NCBI GenBank assembly: GCA_038087875.1
Contig: CM075998.1
Span: 558,001 to 622,000 of the forward strand
Direction: 5' to 3'
From: Malacoraja senta
Taxonomy: Eukaryota
DNA: 64,000 bases
Each line of letters opens with the position of its first letter. Positions within the stretch are counted from its first letter, which is position 1. The translations under genes were made by a program, and so were the position numbers. The notes beneath the pieces are model-generated. The model was given only the letters and a program-made list of their open reading frames with translations. It was not told the origin of the DNA and made no database searches. This document shows, one piece after another, positions 51,131 to 60,175 of this stretch.

Positions 51131-51611
51131 CTGATCTGGAAGAGTTTAGGGGCTGAGAAGCATACCTAAGAAGGATAACATGAGGGCAAAAATGGGCAGG
51201 ATATAGCCGGGAGATAAAATTACGGAGAATCCAAAGAGATTTTATAAGAGATATGACATTAGAGAGAGAAAAGAGTCCCTCAGAAACCAAAGCAGACATC
51301 TATGTGTGGGGCCACAGGAGGTGGGCAGGTAATCAATGATTGTTTATCCATTGTTTTTACAGTGGAGAAGGCTATAGGAAGCATGTCATATAGCTAGAAA
51401 GAGTGCAAAAATGACAAGGATTTTGTCAAGACTTGAGGGTCTTAGCTATAAGGAGAGGTTGAGCAGGCTAGGACTCTATTTCTTAGATAGACATTATCTC
51501 TGCACAAACAAAACCCAAGGTTAGGATCTAATCTTGGTCCCCCGAGGTGTGAGATGGTTGCATTAAATGCTGAACTATCTGGTCTCAGAAGGAAACAGAC
51601 TCAAGCTTAAT

Positions 51612-51747
51612 GTGTAAGAAGGAACTGCAGATACTGGTTTAAATCGAAGATGGACACAAAAAGCTGGAGTAACTCACCAGGACAGGCAGCATCTCGGGAG
51701 AGAAGGAATGGGTGACGTTTCAGGTCGAGTCTGAAGAAGGGTCTCTA
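51612..51747. repeat. Penelope-derived partial palindrome
   Basis: gacacaaaaagctggagtaactc...gtgacgtttcaggtcga joined to gtctgaagaagggtctc. Confidence 0.7.
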
Positions 51748-52789
51748 TTTTCCTGACCAGTGCCTCAATATCCTTCATTAACCAGGGTTCTATAATCCTG
51801 CCAGCCTTGCACTTCACTCTAACAGGAACTGGCTGGCCTTGAACTCTCCCTATCTCACTTTTAAAAGCCTCTCACATGCCAGACGTCCCTTTACCTGCAA
51901 ACAGCCTCTCCCAATCAACCTTTGCAAGTACTTGTCCAATGCCATCAAAATTTGTGGACCTGTCCCACATTTTCTAAGAACTATTTTAAAACTCGAAAAA
52001 CAATAATGTGTTCGCCTGTGGAGAAAAAAGCTGCTGAATGGGACCAAAGGGATCACTTAACGAGAAGCAATGATAGCATTGAATACACTGAATAGCCTCC
52101 TTTTGCACCATAACAATTCCATGATATCACAATTTTCCTCCCTCAAATAATACTCCCTCTAAAAGCAGATTTACTGGACAATCACCTCAGTTGTAAAGAT
52201 GGCCACCTCATTTACATCTGCATTTTCAGTACCGGGTAAAAATTGAATGTCGATAAACAGGAAGATCCTTTGTTATGGTTACTGGAGGGCACACATTAGT
52301 GAATTCCAGTTAATATGGATTGATTTTTTTTTTTTGATCTATGACTGTGAGGTGAAATTGACCTTTATCAATGTTTAATCAAAATTGAATCCAACCCAAT
52401 ATGAGCAACAGAGAAAGGTTACAGCACTGCACAGAATCCAGTGTGCATAGAGCATTTGAGAACCACAACACAGTGCTATTTAATATCAAATCTTTCTTCC
52501 TTTGGCAAGGGAACTAAGTTGAACTATGTGACGGCACAACCAGCAAGCATTCATGTCCTGTGGCTATTTACAAACCAAGCTCCAGTTCACAGAAATCTGT
52601 TGCAAAGAGAAGCAACGCCTACGATATATGTGTATAACATAACATGTTTTACACCTGATGCTGCGTTACTGTTGACGATACTTCCCTCGACATTTACCTG
52701 TAACATTTTGGAATTCACATAAATGATTTAGGTTTCTGTGTTGCTGCGCAATTTGTGGAATTACCCTTAAGGAGGATATCACAAGGTGA

Positions 52790-52897
52790 TTTCATTTGAG
52801 GTTCATTTGACTTCATTTTGAGGTTCAAATTTGTTTTGAGGTTCAAATGACAATAAACGGTATTGTATTGCATATTGTATTGTATTATATTGTATTG
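52790..52897 (+). repeat. Short tandem repeats and LINE tail (tattg)n
   Basis: ttcatttgagg-like units followed by aatgacaataaa and (tattg)n. Confidence 0.6.
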
Positions 52898-53469
52898 ATG
52901 TTTCTTTAATGATTTATATCATTTTATTTTTTCCTGTTGTACTTTTCTCCCCTAACCAATTTTTCCTTTATCGCTCGTGAAGCAGCTGACCATTGACTGC
53001 AGTTTGGCCTCACAATCACACGTTGCCTCCCTCTGTGGCTACCCCTCATGTTTGTTTTAACAGGATTCAAGTTTTCACCTCACAATCACAGATTAACAAA
53101 AAACTTCCATCCTTAACAACCAAAATTAATGTGTGCCTTTCAGTAAATGTAACAAAAGATCTGATATTCTTATTCTATTTTTCATTTTTTAATTATGAAT
53201 GTAATGAACACGACAAAAAAAAACATTTGTAAATTTAGGCAATTTAGGCTGACAATTCATTATATAAATCTTTTATTGGTACCCCTTTATGAATAAATTG
53301 TCTGCCCTTACCCTACTGATGTTGTACAATCCTGAAAATTCATATGGATAAAAACTGAAATAAACACCTTAAAAAAATCAGATTCTGCCCATTTAGGGTT
53401 TGAGACTTGATGATGCTTACCTGTCTGATTTTCACCACTGAGTTTGAAGGTTTTGAATTTAAAATCATA

Positions 53470-53700
53470 AATCCAGGGAGTACAGCAGAAGTGCTGCCTT
53501 TCAGATTGGATGGTTAACTTGTTCTTTTGGGTGGACATGTAAGATCCTGTGGCACCATTTAAAAATTAGTGGGGCAGATATTTCTGGTGATCTTCCCAAA
53601 TGTATCCCTCAACCAACCCCAACAACAGATTAGCTGATAATGTATCTCATTGTGCTATGTGGAGAATTTTAGTTATGTTAAAGATCATGTATAAATGTAA
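53470..53700 (+). mobile_element. Deu-domain SINE, degenerate
   Basis: ggtggacatgtaagatcctgtggcac...tatccctcaaccaac. Confidence 0.6.
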
Positions 53701-55183
53701 GTTTTTCATTTCTGTGACTGCAGGCTGTGTTTTGATTATTGTTGCACAATTATCAAATCAGAATTGGGTTGAAAGGCAGTGGTAAATATGTAATAAGGGG
53801 TTTTAATAAGGTACATTGGGAAATTAAATACTATTCCCACTGGTTGGTGAGTCAATATTAAAGGTCCTAAGTTAAAGATCATCCCCAAAAGAACAAAGGG
53901 ACAGGTTTGGGGAGTTTTTCTGTTTTTTAAGGGGATGGAATGCCCGAGTATAACAGTGAAGGAAACAGAATCCCTTATAACTTTTAAAAGGGAAGTAGAA
54001 ATAGATTTTTTTTTAAGGGATAATAACTGAATGGTGACACATCTCAAGTTTGCTAAATCCACTTCAGGGCATTTGAGGGCCAGCTGTGTGGAGGAGGGTA
54101 TCAAGGCATGTGTAGGTCCAGATTGGGTGAGGATGGAGTCTTCCATTCCTTACAGGACATCTGTCAGCAAATTGGGATTATGATTACAATCTGACAGCAT
54201 TGTGGTCACTTTATAATCCTTTAGTTCCAGATTTTTAAACATTTATTTTGAATTATTAAACTGCTGTGGTGGTGGTTTAAACTCAATTTGATTTGGAATA
54301 TTGGTCCAAGTACTCAGCAAACTTTAGCAGTTGCCTACTTGAAGCAGAGATTATAATAAAACATAAAAGAGGATTGGATATGTATTTTATAATATACAGT
54401 GATAGGAGGAAATGGGATTAAAGTAGATAAACTCAATTGATGTTCCAACACTGTGATAAGCTTGAGTTACCTCCTTCGCTGTAAATACTGTGATTCTACC
54501 TGTCAGTCATATTTTTCCAGCAAAATAGTTCCTGTGCAAAGCAAAATGAAAGATGTATGTTGGTCCATTCACAGATGCATCCAAACTGTTCCAGTTTTTC
54601 CTTTGATCCTTGAGGGGAAAATGATTTATTACTTGGGCACCAGAGCGATTACTTCAGGATTTTAATGCAAAACCTAGGCTCATGGGTAGAAATTTGGACT
54701 CCATGCAACAACTAGAGGTTTGTACAATTTGTCCTGGGCTGTCACACTGGGAGAGATCACAAAGCAGCTGGAAGCTGAGTTATTCTGGTAACTGTGCTTG
54801 TTCTATCATTACAGAATTAAGAGTGCCTCTCCTTCAGGTCCAACTTTCAAGAGAAATGTTGAGGCATCCTGAATGATTTGAATTCACTACTTTTGTTTTG
54901 TGGTAATGTTCAGTACAGGACCTGTTGACACATAAACCTTTTAGAGAAGTTACTGAAACTGAGAGTTTTGAGCAAATTGACTAAGCATCACCAGGATTTC
55001 GCCTCAGCAAAATTTAGCAGTTGCCTCATTTAAGACTAGAAGTAGATTAGCTTTCCTGCATTGCTGGGAAACGTAACCTTTATGAGCTTATTCCTTCAAT
55101 GATAATTTCTGTTATTTTTAATCAGAGAGTCTTACAGTACACATGTAAGGTATTTAGCTTCACTTGCCACCCTGCTGCTTTCT

Positions 55184-55208
55184 CCCCCCCCCCCCCCCCC
55201 CCCCCCCC
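55184..55208. repeat. Poly(C) tract
   Basis: About 25 consecutive C; a similar tract lies at about 21396-21417. Confidence 0.9.
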
Positions 55209-56600
55209 AGAGTTCTGATCTTTCATTTTCAAGTAAATATGCAGTTGCTTTTTGAAAGTTATTTTGGTCTTCATAAATTCTATTATTTGGGCTGCTGATT
55301 ATGCCAATTTATTCAGAACTCAAAATTGCCTCAGGGTGAAACTTGAGTGTGATGAGTTATACAACTTTTTTTTTTACAAATCTATAAGATATTAATAAGA
55401 GTGGACAATATCTGCTGAACAGATCTGCAGCCTAGGATGTGTAAAACCTCCTTCTGGTATAAAATATTAGCCTCTTCCAAACATAATGTTTCCCAGATTA
55501 AGATAACTAAACTATGGTTAACAAGATTTGCCAACATTCAGCATTGCGCAAAAAGTGTGATACAATGCCTGTGGATTTTGATATGGCTTGTTTAACAGAG
55601 AAAGTTCCAAAGCTGTAGAGTTGAGCTATACTGAATGTAATCTCATTCAAGATGAAGTTGGTTATGTTACTTGAAAAATAGTCCATTAAGCTTTTACGTC
55701 AGAGAATAGAATTTTAGATTCCCTGATGGGATGTCAGTCCAAAGAGCAATGAGCTCACTCACCAGATTGTATTATTTTTCAGTTTGTTGAAATTTAATTC
55801 CAGCTCAATCATGCTCAGTGACCACTTCCCCTAAAATTGACTGGGAGCCTTCAGTTAAGTACAGCCACTTGAAATACGTGGGAATTAAAAACCAACATGT
55901 GCTGTTTAAACCTAAAAACTTCCGTGATTTAAGGAGCAAAATCAGGAGGAATTTCCACCTTATCACAAGAAAGTTTCTTACAACCCCCTCCCCACTATCA
56001 CTACCCCTACCCCAAATCCCACTTCAATGGCTGAATCCACTGTCATGCAGAGCAGGCATTTCCCAAGTTTGAGTTCCAGTCTGACCTCACTTAGCTAATC
56101 TCACCAGTGCAGCAGTTGTAGGTCTAAAATTGGCCTCAGTATCACAAAGCTAGGGAGGATTAGGTTCGGCAAGATTTATGCTTCTGACCACTATCCATTA
56201 GGAACTAACTGTCTCCATGCACATATGTTTCATTTAACAAGAGTACTGATGCCTTTTGTTTTAACACACTTGTAGGATATCTTAACTGGAGAGATGATAT
56301 AGTGGAGTATATATATGCAGGATGGAGTTGCCCAGTGAGTCCTCCATATTAATGCCAGACCCCATGAAGTCTTATAGTATTTGGAAAAACATGGCCAAGG
56401 AAATATCCTCCTGACTACCATCATTCAATTGATGAATCTGTGTTCCTCCATGTTGAAAAACACTTAATGAAGCACCGAAGCAAGGACATAGAATGTACTC
56501 TGGATGGGAACTTCAATGTCCACCACCAAGAATGGTTTGATGGTACTCACACAGACTCAGCTGGCCTAGTCCTGTAGCAGAGTTGCCAAATTGTCTGTAT

Positions 56601-56658
56601 GTACACACACACACACACACACAGGTTTTACACAGAGAATATTATATATATATATATA
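56601..56658. repeat. (AC)n and (TA)n microsatellites
   Basis: Directly visible in the sequence. Confidence 0.85.
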
Positions 56659-56886
56659 TTCCCTCACAAAGAAATCTGTGATGTTGCAGTATAACCATAT
56701 GTGAGTGGTACTCAGAGCTATGGCAGCTACCAGGGAAGCTGTAACCTGTCCTGTTTGCACCGTGCCATCTCAACCACAAATGCAGGAGATGTTAACTGTA
56801 CTCAGATATCAACAGTTTAATGATGGAGGGAGAGGGAGATATAACAGGTAGCTGATTGTTCTCCTTGCCATAGTACTATGTTTACA

Positions 56887-58575
56887 TAGGTGGACACAAA
56901 ATGCTGGAGAAACTCAGCGGGTGAGGCAGCATCTATGGAGAGAAGGAATTGGCAAAGTTTCGGGTCGAGACCCTTCTTCAGACTGATGTCAGGGGAGGGG
57001 GTAGGACAAAGAAAGAATGTAGGCGGAGACAGTGGGACTAGTGGGAGAACTGGGAGGGGGGGGGGAATGAAGAGAGAGAGCAAGGGCTACCTGAAGTTAG
57101 AGAAGTCAATGTTCATACCGCTGTGGTGTAAACTACCCAAGCGAAATATGAGGTGTTGTTCCTCCAATTTGGGCTGGGCCTCACTCTGACAATGGAGGAG
57201 GCCCAGGACAGAAAGGTCAGATTGGGAATGGGAGGGGGAGTTGAAGTACTGGGCCACCGGGAGATCAGCTTGGTTAAGAAGAACTGAGTGGAGGTGTTCA
57301 GCGAAACGATTGCCGAGCCTGCACTTGGTCTCGCCGATGTAGAAAAGTTAACACCTGGAACAGTGGATGCAGTAAATGAGGTTGGAGGAGGTGCAAGTGA
57401 ACCTCTGCCTCACCTGGAAAGACTGTTTGGGTCCTTGGATGGAGTCGAGGGGGGAGGTAAAGGGACAGGTGCTGCATCTCCCGCGGTTGCAGGGGAAAGT
57501 ACCCGGGGAGGGGGTGGTTTGGGTGGGAAGGGACGAGTTGACCAGGGAGTTATGGAGGGAACGGTCTCTATGGAAAGCAGAAAGGGGTGGAGATGGGAAC
57601 ATATGGCCAGTAGACGGATCACTTTGGAGGTGGCAAAAATGTTGGAAGATTATATGTTGTATACGATGGGTGATGTGGTGGAAGGTGAGGACAAGGGGAC
57701 TCTGTCCTTGTTACGAGAGGGGGGAGTGAGAGCGGAGCTGTGGGATATCGAGGAGACCCTAGTGAGAGCCTCGTCTATAATGGAAGAATAGGGAACCCCC
57801 GTTCCCTAAAGAATGAGGACATCTCCAATGCCCTGGTATGAAAAACCTTGTCCTGGGTGCAGATGTGGTGTAGACTGAGGAATTGGAAGTAGGGGATAGA
57901 GTCTTTACAAGTAGCAGGGTGGGAAGAAGTGTAGTCAAGATAGCTATGAGAGTCAGTATGTTTGTAGTAGATTTTGGTCAATAGTCTGTTTCCTGTGATG
58001 GAGACGGTGAGATCTAGAAATGGTAGGGAGATGTCGGAGATGGTCCACGTGAATTTGAGTGCAGCATGGAAAATAGTGGTGAAGTTGATGAAGTCAGTGA
58101 GTGCTGCATGGGTGCAGGAGGTAGCACCAATGCAGTCATCAATGTAGCGGAGGTAGAGTTCGGGGATAGGGCCAGTGCACGCCTGGAACAGGGATTGTTC
58201 GACGTACCCTACAAAGAGGCAGGCATAGCTAGGGCCCATGCGAGTGCCCATAGCTGCGCCTTGGATCTGGAGGAAGTGGGAGGAGTCGAAGTAGAAGTTG
58301 TTGAGGGTGAGGACCAGCTCTGCTAGGCGGAGGAGAGTATTAGTGGACGGAAATTGGCTGGTTCTGCGGTCGAGGAAGAAACGGAGGGTTTTAAGACCCT
58401 CCTAGTGGGGGATGGAGGTGTAGTGTGACTGGACATCCATAGTATAGATGAGGGAGTGGGGGCCTGGAAAACAGAAGTTATTGAAGATACGAAGAGCGGG
58501 TGAGGTGTCTTGGACGTAGGTAGGGAGGGATTGGACCAGGGGGGTTAGGATGCAGTCAAGGTATGTGGAAATTAA
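56887..58575 (-). mobile_element. Penelope-like retroelement (RT, GIY-YIG endonuclease and 3' terminal repeat), 5'-truncated, disrupted
   Basis: TMDVQS.YTSIPH, MGTRMGPSYACLFVG, YLRYIDD, LPFLD, YYK.TDSH.YL and TCTSSNLIYCIHCSRC*LFYIGETKCRLGNRFAEHL; terminal repeat at 56887-56990. Confidence 0.92.
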
Positions 58576-59204
58576 TTTGGTACATATCCGTTGTGCTGCT
58601 GCAAGTAAGAATTTAATTGTTCTGTTTCGTGACCTAGGACAATAAAACACTCTAAAAAACGAATGGCCAAAAAAGCAAAAAAACGACCCCTTGACTCATA
58701 TGTTAAAAGTGGTGGCACTGCGAAAACTGCTAATGTCTGGAATTGGAAATGTTTACACGTGATCTGTCTATCTTACAACAGTGTTTCTGGATAGTAGGGG
58801 GGTATTTCAAAGTATATTTGTAAAGGCAAACAAATGGCCACTGGACCTTATCCGTTGATAGGGGTTCCATTTCGCTTTTTTGGCACAGTTTTTATCTGAC
58901 AAAATCGCCATTACGCTACCCATTCCTTTCAGTTCCTTTTTATTCGTCGATGAGTTGTGGGCATTACTGGCAAGGTCAGCATTTATTACCTACGCACAAC
59001 TGCCCTTGAATTTGATTAACATCATTATTATGTCACCAGAGCTCTTTGTGAAGCTTTCTGCTCTCCGTGTTTCAAAAGCCCACCACTCATCCCCCATGCC
59101 AAATTCAGCTGCTAATATGTTGACACGGAATATATTTTAAAAATTGACATGACACCCATAGCTAACAAACAGCCACTGAAATCTCAGTCTGACTTCCAGT
59201 TTCC

Positions 59205-59335
59205 CTCTCCCCTGACTCTCAGTCTGAAGGGTCTCGATCCGAAACGTCACCCATTCCTTTTCTTCAGAGATGCTAACACTGAGTTACTCCAGCTTTTTAT
59301 GTCTATCTTTGGTATAAACCAGCCTGCAGTTAATT
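59205..59335 (+). repeat. Penelope terminal-repeat fragment (core partly deleted)
   Basis: cagtctgaagggtctcgatccgaaacgtcaccc...gagttactccagc. Confidence 0.7.
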
Positions 59336-59599
59336 TCTACACTTTCCAGCATCCATCCATTGCCTAATTTCTCCTGAGAAAAATCATTAAAAACATAAAA
59401 TACGCGTAGAGTTTGAAGGGAACGATGGTGTTCATATTCACCTGAATACGATATGTTGGAACATTATTCCACGCACTACTTCTTACTTTTTGGGAGCGAA
59501 ATTATATCCCGCTAAAACTCCAACGCTTAACACTTTGTCGGGTTTTTCTGCCATTTCAGTTGTGACTCTTTGCCCTTTAATTGAATAACTACTCTATTT

Positions 59600-59945
59600 C
59601 ATGAGGAAATAAATGTCCTCGTGAAAATATCGTACAATGACATTTCTGACGCAAGTGACCACAGGAATTCGTAACCCAGCGATTGACGCAAACCCACATA
59701 ATGAAACATGGCCCGCTGATATTTTCGAAACAAATTACTCCCCCAGTGGAAAGTGTGGGTTGTCTTTTTTTTGTTGCAGAAGAGGTGGACATGAGTGAGA
59801 CAGGTAAATTAGTGTAAGGTAGATTTTAAAAAAAAACTTCTTCAAACAAATTAGTGTAGGTAGGTTATTTGTAAAGAACCCCCACTCTCCAATACTTGAA
59901 CTGGGAAATTCCGTTGTACCAAGAAGGTCGCTTATAAGGCGGGAC
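59600..59945 (+). promoter_or_regulatory. Inducible cytokine-type promoter of the IL23A-like gene
   Basis: NF-kB GGGAAATTCC 59903-59912, TATAA 59933-59937, CCAAT 59889-59893, two TGACGCAA (C/EBP-ATF-like) at 59647 and 59684, GAGGAA at 59603, GGAAAGTG at about 59748. Confidence 0.7.
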
Positions 59946-60019
59946 CTGTAGTGTCTTGTATTGGATTGTGCTCGACAATTCGCTGTGGTTTAGTGCTGGG
60001 CTGTGACTTTTCTGAAGGA

Positions 60020-60175
60020 ATGATGGAGAGATGCTTCGGAATAGTGGCTCTGGTCTGGCTGCTCAGTGTAGCTGGGATCGTAGCGTCAGAGACCGGTCAG
60101 CAGCCCAGTTGGATATCCTGTCGAATTCTTTCCAGGAATCTCACTTCCAAGGTTTCTAATTATACACACAAACCG
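60020..60175 (+). CDS. IL23A: IL23A-like coding exon 1 (signal peptide and helix A)
   Basis: MMERCFGIVALVWLLSVAGIVASETGQQPSWISCRILSRNLTSKVSNYTHKP followed by gtgagt. Confidence 0.85.

Noticed and set aside
50498-51169. 223-aa ORF
   Set aside because: Chance read-through across rearranged Penelope remnants; not a coherent protein.
52790-52897. Short spaced repeats resembling an array
   Set aside because: Irregular units at a LINE tail in a eukaryotic context; no CRISPR-like spacers or cas genes.
57288-58326. Plus-strand ORFs of 86-167 aa
   Set aside because: Antisense shadows of the Penelope ORF; the same applies to 5074-5826 opposite the L2 element.
59780-59803. Possible 24-nt micro-exon (ttttgttgcag...CAG|gtaaat) upstream of the p19-like gene
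   Set aside because: No partner exons were identified and it lies within the promoter; it cannot be supported without RNA data.
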